64,000 bases of DNA from Geosiphon pyriformis uo1 (lineage: Eukaryota > Fungi > Glomeromycota), in NCBI GenBank assembly GCA_016748015.1, contig JAAOMT010000135.1, positions 496,001-560,000 of the forward strand, written 5' to 3'. The notes under the pieces were generated by a model. The model saw only the letters and a program-made list of their open reading frames with translations, ran no database searches and was not told the origin of the DNA. The position numbers and the translations under genes are program-made. This document shows, one piece after another, positions 38,266-50,667 of the stretch (the stretch's first letter is position 1; each line of letters opens with the position of its first letter).

Positions 38266-40191
38266 TGTTATAAGTAAACTTGATAAGTTATTGTAATAAT
38301 ATTTAGTGCTCTAAACTTGGATAATAAAAGCTTAAAAGCATTTATTTTGGATACTTAAGATAAGTCATTTAATATCAGTTTTTAAAGATTTTTTGCTAAT
38401 TTTACTTATAAAATTCTTTAATTATAAAATACAAAAAAGTATTTAGCTATTTGCAGCTTAAATGTATGAGCTATTTTTTTCAAGCTAATTAAACACAGTT
38501 ACTAGAGTCTGGTGGTGTCTTTTTGTTCTTCTAATAAGCTAACAAAATAATGTTAATATCTAATTTTAAGAAAAGCTTTCTTTTTTTATCAGACTATTAC
38601 AAAGTCTATTTTCAGACAGTCAATTTTTTAATGTTGTCACTATTACAAATGATTAGTTCTCTGTTAAATTATACTTTACAAAGAGCACCAAATGTTACAA
38701 GTAATTATTTGGGGTCTCAAATCAAATAACAAACCTGTAACTTGATGCTTAAAGACTAATATAGTTGGTAATATCTGAAAGTTTTCGTGATTTGAAGATT
38801 TTGAATTTGAGTTTTTTGTATAATAAACAGAAATTCAGTAGTTGTTTTTATCAGTAGTCTTTTAAAATCGCAATTCCATCAAATTTTTTTCTTTAGCATA
38901 ATGGTCAGTTTATTCTGGCAGTTGTGCTCTTTTGGTAAGCTATCCTCAATTTCCAAGTTTCCTACTCTTATTTCTGGGTCTTTTACCAGGCTATTCTTAA
39001 TGTCAATAACTCAGTGCTTAATCTTTAATCAATTAATAAACAACAAAAGAAAATAAAATAAAGAAAAATAAAAGAAAATAAAGAAATAAAGAAAACAAAA
39101 TAAGAAATAAGTGTCCTGTCAATAGCTGTAATTAAGAACTATTGTGCCAGCAGATTAAGTAGTGGATAACAATATGAATTTAAAGAATTGAAAAAATATT
39201 TTATTTGATATAATTTTATTTCAGTTAATAGCAATTATTCTTGAAAAAAAAAGTATTTAATAATTATGACTTACAAGTCTAATTAACTCTGGAAGTCTAA
39301 TTGACTAATTTTCTAGCTTCTAATACTACTACTATATATGCATAAATTTTATTATATAAGATTTCTTGAATTCCTCAATTTTCTAGCCAGAAATCCTGGA
39401 ATTTTTTATATGAGAATTCTGTAATTCTGGAATTTTGCAATTTTTTTGAGAGGAATTCTGGAATTCCATTTTTACTATGTCTATTTCTGATTGGCTAATT
39501 TATGTACTAATATATAATTCTTATATTCTATGAGTAATACCACTTCACAAAAAAAATAAAAAATAAATAAAATAAAATAAAAAATAAAAATAAAATAAAA
39601 ATAAAAAAATAAAATAAAAAAATAAAAAAAATTAGTATAATTAATTGTCATAATCAAAAAATATTGGTTTAAGTTATTATTTATTTAAGATGTTTTATGC
39701 TAAAAGATTTGGCCAGAAATGAAAATAAAAAATGATTAATTTGGTTTAAACATGAAATTTGTAGGTTATAAATGAGTAATTTTTAGTTTTTAATATTTTT
39801 TTTATTTAAGATAATATAAATATATAGAAAAGATAAATCTAATAGATATAAATAAAAAATATATTTTCTATCTAACTATTTTTTCTGTCTTTTTTTTACT
39901 GCTAAAACTAATCATTTTTATACATATTTTTAGTTTTACAAAATTGCTTTTTGATTACTTATTATTATTAGTTATTACTTACTATTTTTGTTATTGCTTT
40001 ATTCTTTTATATTATAACTAGTTATTTTATATTACAGCTAGTTATTCTGTGCTATTTCACATTATTGTATTATCTTAAGTTATAACACATTATTTTGTGT
40101 TATTTTGCATTATTATGTTTTTTTATATTATTACATTTCTTAATTATATTTTTTCAATATTTTTTGGATTTGTTTTTTTACTTGGATAACA
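38266..40191 (-). mobile_element. Solo LTR type A (interrupted by the 38641-39539 insertion)
   Basis: Reverse complement of LTR-A (aagtctattttcagacagtcaa; ends cttggataaca). Imperfect TSD aaac/atac. Confidence 0.8.
38641..39539 (-). mobile_element. Internally deleted LTR-B element (5' LTR 39539-38693, PBS, short leader, about 15 bp of 3' LTR end)
   Basis: Reverse-complement PBS aaagagcaccaaa next to tgttaca at 38693. TSD tcac/ccac. Confidence 0.75.
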
Positions 40192-41681
40192 ATACTTAGC
40201 TAACAATATAACAATTTATCAACTTCTTTAATGCTATAACAATTAAGAAAATTCTAATTAATTTCAAAATCAATTATGTTTATTATTATTATTATTAGCA
40301 GCAAATCAAATATAACAACAAAAAATGCATAATTGTTACTACTATAGTAAACAAAAACATTTAAAAATAGACTATAGAACAAAAATAAATAACCAATGAT
40401 TGGAAAATCAATATCAAAACTCTAATTGCAGATTTTAAATCTAGAACTACATCAATAATTTGTTATCAGAACAATATTAGTATCAGTTTTATTATTTCCA
40501 AATAATATAATCAATATAAGTATCTTCAATTTATTAAACTTTAATACCAGTAATTTATTAAGCTTTATACCCACCAGTTATTTATTAATTTCAACAAATC
40601 CAAGTATCATCTCAAATTTCAACTTAAATATCAACTAGAAACCAAAAACCAAGAATCATGTATACTTAACAAAATTGAAAATTGGCAATAGTTATGTACC
40701 AACTAATCTTCAATTCTTCAAACTAGTTATTATAATCATGTCAATAAAATTTAAAAAATGAGTATACTCAAAACCCAAATTTTTAGAACTATTTAAGTCT
40801 TCTAGTAATCTAGAAATTACCACATACAATTTATTAAAAACCAACCAAAAACCATTAACTAATAGCATTTTACCAACAATTGTTACAAAAAACAAATCAT
40901 TAACTGCCATTTTTTTTTTCAATTGGAAGACCAAATTGAAACTCTGTTATTTAGTGAAGCCATTTTTAATACTAAACCAATTATTACTATGTATACAGAT
41001 ATTAAAGTTAATGACTATTTTGTTAAATTAATTTTTGATAATAGTTCAATAAACAGCATTATTACATGATAACTTATGAATCAATTAAATCATCAAGTTA
41101 ATTAAGTTGTCAGTGCCAGAATTATTACTATTGATAAAACAACAAAAATTCTTATTAAAGAAATTAATGACTTTCTATTTAAAGTTAATAATATTATTAT
41201 ATTCATTAAAGTTTTAATTATAGAAACCACATAATATTAAACTCTAGTTAATAACAACTGGCTGTTTAAGACTAATATTATGTTTGACTAGAATATATAA
41301 AACTTTAGCTCAACTATAATAATTAGCAAAATTAAGTACCAGCTATTTGTAGTTATTTTAAAACTTTTTCAAAAAAGCAACCATTAATCAAATTAAAGGA
41401 AGAAAAAAAACCTACTTAAAAAGCTTACTAAGTTTCATAAACCAAAAAAAACACAATAAGTTGCTACCAATACTTGAAATAAAAAAAGAAAAAAAAAGGA
41501 GAAAAATAAATCTCAAACCACTATCTTTACAGAAAAACCAGTAAATAGTTGGAATATTCTATACTTGACTCCAAAATTAAAAAAACATTTACTTTATATT
41601 TTGCTCAAATGCATAGATTATAACAAAAAATTTTCATCTATAAGAGCTTGTATTTTATCAGAAAAAAAATATAAAACATGT

Positions 41682-43414
41682 TGTTACAAATAATTATTTG
41701 GGGTGTTAAAACAAATAACAAACTTATAACTTGGTGGTTAATAGGTAAATATGTTGATAATTTCTGATGGTTTTGGTGTTTGAAAGTTTTGATTAAGTCT
41801 TTTGTGTAATAAACAAAAATTCAATTGATGGTTTTTTCTGTGAATTTTTTTTTAGCATGGTGGTCAGTTTATTCTGGCAGTTGTATCTTTCTAATAAACT
41901 ATTCTTAAATTTCTACTTTTATTCCAGATCTTTTACCAAACTATCCTTAATGTCAAATACTTTACATTTAATTTTTTTAATCAATTAAAAAACAACAAAG
42001 AAATAAAACAAAAGAAAATAAAAAAATATATAAAAAATAAAATAAAAAAATAAGAAATTAATATTCTATTAATAGCCATAATCAAAAACTATTAGTCCAG
42101 TATAATTAAGTGTTAAATTTTATCAATATAGAGTGTTAATAATAAAAAAATGATTAATATTTTTAATCAAATAACAATAACATAGATTGAATAATAATTA
42201 GATATTTTATTAATATTAATGAATTTCTATTTTAAGTTATAAAAAACTATTTTTTAAAGAAAGAATATTGGGGTTTTTTAATTCTATCAAATTTTGCATA
42301 CTTTTTTGCTTTTAATATTCTCACTATATATACATAATTTGTATTATATGAGATTTCTGGAAATTCTGCAATTCCTTAAGAGAATTTTAGAATTTTGAAA
42401 TTCTGCAATTCTTTAAGAAAATCTTGGAATTCTGAAATTCTACAATTCTTTAAGAAAATTCTAGAATTTTCTGTTTTATTATGTTTATTTTTAATTGGTG
42501 TTACAGGTGATTATTTGGGGTTTCAAAGCAAATAACAAACTCGTAATTTGGTATTTAATAGCTTAAAATAGTTGGTAATATTTGAAAGTTGTTTGTATCT
42601 GAAAGTTTTGGGTTGGAGTTCTTTATATAATGGACAGAGATTCAAGAGTGTTTCAATAGCCTTCTGGAATCACAATTTCATCAAATTTTTTTCTCAACAT
42701 GGTGATCAATAATCTGCCAAAAATGCTTTTCTAGTAAGTTATCTTTAAATTTTCAATTCTATACTCTTCTTTTGGGGTCTTTTATTAGACTATTCTTAAC
42801 ATCAATAATTTAGTACTTAATCCTCAATTAATTAGTAAACACAAAAATAAAAATAAAGAAAAGAAAATAAAAGAGATAAAAAAAAGATAAAAAAAATAAG
42901 CCAAGGCAATTGCAAATTAGTATTTCATTAATAACTATAATTAAGAGTTATTGTTCTAGTGTGTTTAAATATTAATTACTATTAACATAAAGTGTTAATA
43001 GTGGGGAATGGATTAAGATAGTAAATAATTATTTATTGATATTTGTAAATAAAATGGTTGCTTAGATCAAATCTAAATTAAGAGATCTGTTTTTTTTACT
43101 TCTAACACTATCACTATATATGCATAATTGAGATTCCTCAATTCTTCAATTCTTTATACCAGAAATTCTGAAATTCCTGGAATTTTGCAATTCTTTTGAG
43201 AGGAATTTTCGAATTCTGGAATTTTGCAATTCCTCATATGAGAATCCTGAAATTTCTGGAATTCTGCAATTTCTCTGAGAGAAATCCTAGAATTCCACAT
43301 TTACTATATCTACCTCTGATTGGCTAATTTTATATACTAATATTCTTTCTATATTCTATAAGTAACATTGGCTATTTTACTTATTATTATAATTCCTAAT
43401 TTCTATAAGTAACA
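41682..43414 (-). mobile_element. Solo LTR-B containing a second nested solo LTR-B (42499-43367)
   Basis: Outer TGTTACA..GTAACA with TSD atgt/atat. Inner TGTTACA..GTAACA with a perfect TSD ttgg/ttgg. Confidence 0.85.
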
Positions 43415-46400
43415 ATATATCTGTTATTATTGTAAAGTGTATTATTAAAAATGCTTTGAACATCCAAAATGACAAAAAAATAGAACAACAAACCATGTTT
43501 TGCTTGTAAAAAAACTTTACTTAACAAAAAAATATAGAACAACATTTTTGGTTGAAGAAAAATGTGTAATAAATTGTGCCAATACATAATTTTTATTAAT
43601 AATTGAGTAAATAAAAGAATATTTTTTAATGTTATATAAAACAGAACTCTTTTATATTTAAATAGTTATTTATATAACAAAAACAAAATTTGGAAAATAG
43701 CAAGTACCAAAATTGAAGATGTTTTATTCAGCAAGATATTTACAATTAAAAACAATTTATTAAAACTCATTAAAAATGTTTTTATTTTAAATTCAGACAT
43801 ATTTGTTAATATTATAAGTGACTCAAAACAGTTTTATAAATACTACTAAGATTTAACACTTATACAAAAAAAACAAAAGCAGCAGTTAGAACAATTAAAC
43901 ATTAAACTTTGTAAACATTGTTTAATTTTCAGTAACTTTAAATACTGTAATAATTGTAATTTTATTTACAATCTACTACTATGTATAATCTATTTAATTT
44001 TTAAAAAAAAAAACCAATTAGCAGTTGTGCTACAGAATTGGAATCAGAAATTAATCTTAATACAAACTTTGATAATAATGACAATAACAGTTTCAATAGT
44101 ATTAACAATGACAATAATAATAATTCAAACTTTAATTTAAATCTTAAGCAATATATTATGCTTTCAAATTTTTTTATAAAACAAAAACTAAAATAGTTCA
44201 ATAATAATAATAAAAGTATTATGCTAAAAGATATGCATAATATTAATACCAAATTTAATTTAGATATTCTAAAAAAGATACCATTATCATGAAATTTAAT
44301 ACATGTACTTGTATAGATCTAAAAATAGTCTTGAAAATTTTGACAATAATGGTTCAATTAGTATCTAAATTTAGTTTAGTAAAAAAAAAATTAACATCAA
44401 AAAAGAAATAATTAATACGGAATATATAAAAAATATTATTGCAATACTACAAACAAATCAAAAAAAGCATATACAATTGAACCAAATGAAAAGATAATAC
44501 AGACAATATTTTTATTTTTGGTGAAAATAATTCAGTTAATATTAGTAAAAACAAGAAAAAAATTAGTAATAATTACATGAAAGATAAATAGATTCGAATT
44601 TATGAGTAGAATAAAAGTATTAATTTATATAGCAAAAATAGAAATTATTAATCAGAAAAAAATTATCTCTACACATTAATCAATTTTTATTTTACTTTAT
44701 AATTAGTACATATTAGCTATAAAAAAAAAGTAAAAAATCAATCCCAATTGTTTAAAATAGAATTTATTATTTGCAAATCAAAAAAAATTGCTATTACCAA
44801 TCTGTATTTGCTAGCCAAAAACTACAAACACATTAAAATTCAAATCTATAATACTATCAGAGATCTAATAAAATTATTAATTAGAACTATTATTGAGTAC
44901 TTAAACACTAAAGTTAAAAATCAAATACCAATTATTATTCCAAATTTTTTGTAACTTTGTGAATATGTGAATATTATATTACAAACTATTTATGGATTAA
45001 AAAAATGCTATTTGCTATAACTAGAGCAATTAAACCAAATAAACTTGAAAAATCTAGATTTATTTTAACAAATGCAAATTAAATTGCTGCTCAACAATTT
45101 TACTAACATTTTTGCAAGTAAAAATGAATTGGCAAAATTGATATCATCCAATATTCATATTGACATAATACATTGCATATTTTTTTTTAACCAAGAATAT
45201 TATTTTACATTTTTTTATCAAGTAAAATTTATTCATAAACTAAACACAATTTGTTGTCCTACTTTTTTTGTTATTTTAGATATTAAATATATTTTTAATA
45301 ATACACTTTGCAATAATAGCAAGTTTGCATTTTATATTTTTTTCTGATAAAATTCAAGTTTTCATAAATAAAAGCTTTTTTTTGCAGTTTATGTATTTAA
45401 GTGAAATATAAGATAGGTGTTTTCTTAATATTGGTATCAAATATAGAATATTTCAATTATTGGCTGATTTTTTTGTGATGATAATAGCTTAAAATTCATC
45501 ATCTTTTTTTTTTTCTTTTTTGTTTTAGATAAGTATTAATAATAGTTTATTGTATTTATCTTTAGCCCATAAGATTTAATAGGCTTTCCAAATAGATTTT
45601 TTTTTCTTTTTCTTTAGCTTGTTTAATAATTGCTCTTTTGAAAGAGCTTTAAAATATCTACAAGTAACAAATACTTGAATATACTGACTATTAAATGTTA
45701 GCTAAAGCTCTTAAGTATTTCAGTTAAATATAATATTAGTTTTAAATAGCCAGTTATTACCAATAAAAGCTTGATAATATGTGGCTTTTATCACTAAAAC
45801 TTTAATTAACACAGTAATATTATTAACTTTAAAAAAAAGTCATTAATTTTACCAATAGAAGTCTTAATTTTTTTATTAATAATAATAATTCTGGCATTGG
45901 CAGTTTAATTAACTCAGTAATCTAATTGGTTTATAAGTTGTTATGTAATAATATTATTTGCTAAATCACTATTAAGAATTAGTTTAATAGATTGGTTATT
46001 AATTTTGGCATTAGTATACATAGTGATAATTAGTTTGATATTAAAAATAGCTTTACTAAATAGCAGTATGTCTTCTAAGTTTTTTAACTCAAAGAAAACT
46101 ATAGTAACTAGTGATTTGTTTTTGGTGATAGTTGTTGATAGAATATTGTTAATAAGTAATTTGTTAGTTTTTAGCAAGTTAGGTATTGTGATTTTTGGAA
46201 TTATTAAGAAACTTAAATAGTTTTAAGAATTTGGGTTTTGAGTATACTCATTTCTTAAATTTTTTAAACATAATTCTAATAACTGGTTTAATAAACTGAA
46301 AATTGATTGATACATAACTATTGCTGATTTCCAATTTTGTTGAATATGGGTAATTTTTGGTTTTTGGCTTCTGATAGATATTTGAATTGAAATTTGGAAT

Positions 46401-49248
46401 GGTATTTGGATTTGTTGGAGTTAATAGATAACTAATGACTATAAAACTTGATAAATTACCAGTATTGGAGTTTAATAAATAGGAGGTAAGTATATTGGTT
46501 GTTGCATTATTGGTATATAATAGAGTTAATATTAATAGTATTCTAATGCTAAATTATTGGCATAATTCTGAATTTGAAATCTGCAATTGGGATTTCAATA
46601 TTAATTTCCTAATTATAGATTATTTAATCTTGTTCTACAGTTTATTTTCAAGTGTTTTTGTTTGTTACAATAATAGCAAATACATATTTTTTGCTGCTAT
46701 TATTAAATTATTAATAATGATAAACATAACTAATTTTGGAATTAATTAAAGATTCCTTGATGATTATAATATTGGAAAGATTGATAAATTGTCTAATTAT
46801 TAGTTAAGTATTTTTTAATTTTCTAATTAATTGTTTTGCCAAATTACTTTAACTTAGTATTCAGTTTAGATAATTTATTTATTACTAAATTTACAGCTTA
46901 AATATAGTTGGCTTCAAGTTTAGCTAATTTAAAATCTCTGACATGTATAACTGTATCTTGAATAAACTGCTGCATAATTTACAAATAAATTGATTTAAGA
47001 TTTGTGGTATTGTAAAGTAGTCAGCATTAATTGCTTGAATTTAATACAGATTTTTATAGAAATGTTCTAAATAAGTAATAACTGTTTTATTATTATTTTG
47101 TTTAATTGTGATAAACTAATTAACAGTCAATTAATGTTATTATAATTACTAAAATACTATAGAAATGTGATTTTAAATGTGTCAAAATCTTGGAATTTGT
47201 TTAGATATGCTTGAACATTGTTTTTTTATCAGTGAATTTTTTTAATTTGGCAATTAATGTATAGATTATTGATGCAAGTTGTTGTTATTATGGTTGTTAA
47301 GAAGTTATTTGAAATCAGATTTTGATTATTAATTTTCTGATCATTGTTTTTTTTTTAATTTGGTTTCTGTTTAATTGCTTATAAATTTGAAATTAGGTTA
47401 AGGTGGCAATAATCAAAGTTCTGATGAAGTTGTTGGTTACAATTTAAATTTTTTAAAATAATTACCATAGGTTTTTAATAATCATGATTTTTTTTGATTG
47501 TTTTAAAACAGAACTTGAGTTACAGGTGTTTTTACAGTTAATAGTAATATAAATTTTGATAATATATAGATAATACTTCTTAGTATATAATAATAAGATA
47601 GATGTAATGAAAAAACAATTCTGAATTTCTTTCAATTAGATGGTTGTATTAGTTTAGAAGTGTTTGCTGGTGTTTGTATTCTGTTTTTGTTTTTATCTGC
47701 AAATGTGATTGGAAACTTTTGTTGAGTGTATTTTTTGATTTTGCAATTAATTTTTGTAAAAATTGGAATAAAACTATAATTTTGTGGAAAGTTGGTGTAT
47801 TATAGTAGTTTTATATAAAAATTTCTAATAGTAATTTCTAGATCTTTTTGGTTTTCTAAGTAGTATATAATTTTTTTATTAACATAAAAATTGAAAGCTA
47901 ATTTTGCTGGCCAGTGTTACGGTTTAAGAATTTAGCAAAAAGAATCATAAAAATAATACAAACTATTCAATCATAATATAGCACAGTAATAAGCTTAGAA
48001 AGGTAATGATTAACATAGTAGCAAACACCATCTTGTGATAGTGGCAAGCACCAGTTCACAATAGCAGCCAACACCAACTGGTGATAGCAGCAAGCACCAG
48101 GTTGAAATATCAAAAAGAAAGTATTTTCTCGTAGAACTACAAACATGTATATATACAGTAGTTTTAATATTGGGAAAGAATCAATCAAGTAATAAAAATC
48201 ATAACTTATCAAGCAATAAATCCAATTTTATCCAACAAACTCCACTTTAAATCATACTTTCAAATTAAATATCCCAAGAAACCTTTAAAATCAAAAAGAA
48301 ATGAAAAAGAATATTTAAAACTGAACTATCACAACCCAAAGTATTAAGAAACCTACTTGTATTATTTATTGAATGAAACTATCATTCATCAACTGAATTC
48401 CTTGGAAGAATAATCCTTGATCAAGATTATTCACGTTGTTACTAATNNNNNNNNNNNNNNNNNNNNGGGTGTTGTCCAGCAGAATCTGCCCTCACTTATT
48501 ATATCAACACCAGAATAAATTATCATATAGGAAAGGAAGAAGAACCACATGACGCAAAACTTGGATTGTATAGAGAATTATCACAATACACTACAAAAGA
48601 AGTAGCAGTAATAGCCGCAACTATTGTCAAAATCCATCGAGAAATTGAGCAATACGCCAACGAAAATTTTCCAATATCCACAGGAAACACTAGGGAACGT
48701 GCCAACAAAACCAAAGAAAATTTAGAAACTAATCAGGAAAGTAACCAGCAAAAACTAGAAACATCAGCTCAAACGCCAAAGAAAACTGTCACTCAATCAA
48801 TAAAGAAACAACGTATTTATTCACCAGAAGATAAATCATACCATTTTTCACCAGAAAATAAGATACAAATTCCATTAGGAGCTGCATCATCATCAACATC
48901 AACTCCACAAACGCCAAGAACTCCTAGTTATATTGACAACGTAACTGGGGAGACATACCAATTACAGGAAGATATTCATCACTATTTCAAAACCCTCTTT
49001 TTCAGCCAAAATTTAGAACGGGATTTGAAAACCGTGAAGAGGAGTCTGAATCAGAATCCGAAAAAGAGACCAGCAAAAAAACAATCACAAGACCAGTCAC
49101 TGGAACAAGCAGCCAGTCCAGAAACCAAGAAACTCGTGATCAAGAGGAAGAACTGGATATAAGGGAAGCCACCTTTAGGAACGCTCAAGGAAATATCATC
49201 CCACCTCCTCTTAGACCAATAAATCCACCAGCAAAAAACGGCAACGAA

Positions 49249-50100
49249 ATGATCACACCATATATTGCAAGACTAACAGATTTCTTAGGAGAGGAAGAAG
49301 AAACGGACGTGCACACATGGCTCAGAGAAGCACAAAAAGCCATCCAGGCAAATAACTGGAACAACCAAAGAGCAATTCAAACATTACCTTTCTTCCTGAA
49401 AGGCACAGCCAACTCGTGGTATCAAAGCCTGGAAACAAAACCCACGAGCTTCGCCGAATTTAAAAATGCACTCCTGGAGTATTTTAGCGACCCAAATGCC
49501 GTAATCCAACTACAGAACGAATTCAATACTATCAAGCAAAATACCGGTGAAACTGTCACCCAATACCTTGCTCGATTCAATCGAATTTGCCATCAGATTG
49601 AAGCGATTGAACAAGGATACTACACTGATCCTCAGGTTTTAAATCAGTTTATTAGAGGATTAAAAAGCAGCATTTTAGGAAGAGTATGCCCTGCCCACCC
49701 TAATTCCTTACCAGAAGCCATTACGCTCGCCAGAGCCCTTGAATCGGCTGAGAAAGAAGCTAACCATAGTCAAATGGTTAACATGGTAATAGAGGAAAAT
49801 AAGACAGAAACATTAGAGAAAAGAGTAACGCGATTAGGGAAAAAACTCTCTAAGAAAATAGAAAGTTAACTCATCCCGGATCCGAGAAAAAATACATACC
49901 AACCACCCCAAAGACGCAGCCAGGAAGTCAGCGACAGTCAAAATAATCGCCCGTCGCGCCAGGAATTCAGAACAGAAACACACGCCTGCCATTTTTGCAA
50001 ACGTGTAGGACATTTGATTAGTCAATGTCGAACGCGAATGATGCAGGAAGCACGCGAAAATAATTACTACGCACCACCCCAAATGCCCAGAAACCAGTAC
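49249..50100 (+). pseudogene. gag: Gag (capsid-like domain + CCHC zinc knuckle) of the young Gypsy element
   Basis: WLREAQKAIQANNW..LKGTANSWY..IKQNTGETVTQYLARF..QFIRGLK; in-frame stop at 49869, then the knuckle near 49990. Confidence 0.85.
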
Positions 50101-50667
50101 NNNNNNNNNNNNNNNNNNNNCTTCTGATCAATTATAATGGCCACCAGGCCAAAATTCCAGCCACCTGTGGCCACTTCCAAAAACCCAGCGCCAACCAAAG
50201 ACCTACCTTCGAATTTGAGGAAAATCCAGCACTACCAGCCATCGAAACCTATCAGCTCTCTTGGGCTGATGACCAAAGAACAGGACTACCAGCCGTACCA
50301 ACGTGGACCAGCAAAGAAAGATCCGAATGGAACCAGGTAAGTTCACGAAGAAACCACCAGCGACACAGACCAAAGCTAGAATGCTCGGTTTGCAAGAAGA
50401 AACTCTCGTCTATGACTGCGTGCAGCGCACTGGACGAAGACCCAAGAAACCCCACCCACTACTATTGTAATTGTTGTAACAAAGAAAAATACGGTTACCC
50501 AGAAAGACATGGAAAATGGGATGAGGAACCGTGCCTCGCTTGTGGAGAACTGTTACCAAGAGGGTGCGACTGGAACGACTTACCAGGCAGAGGAGGAACG
50601 TGTGATGCAACTTGCCAATACACGATCCTCATCTGTGACTGGGTAAGNNNNNNNNNNNNNNNNNNNN

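Larger units (their letters stand above)
27553..45170 (+). mobile_element. Degraded Ty3/Gypsy element (LTR type B 27553-28372 + PBS; gag-PR-Cys-rich-dUTPase-RT start), host to several nested insertions
   Basis: LTR followed by PBS tttagtgctctttataagg. The internal sequence resumes at 37453, 40192 and 43415 after each insertion. Protease remnant ttaatttttgataatagt near 41030; dUTPase remnant at about 44210-44600. The 3' end is approximate. Confidence 0.75.

Noticed and set aside
50121-50647. Apparent tandem duplication of the Cys-rich pol segment (copy of about 51219-51745)
   Set aside because: Near-identical and bounded by 20-N gaps; most likely a scaffolding artefact in a multicopy element.
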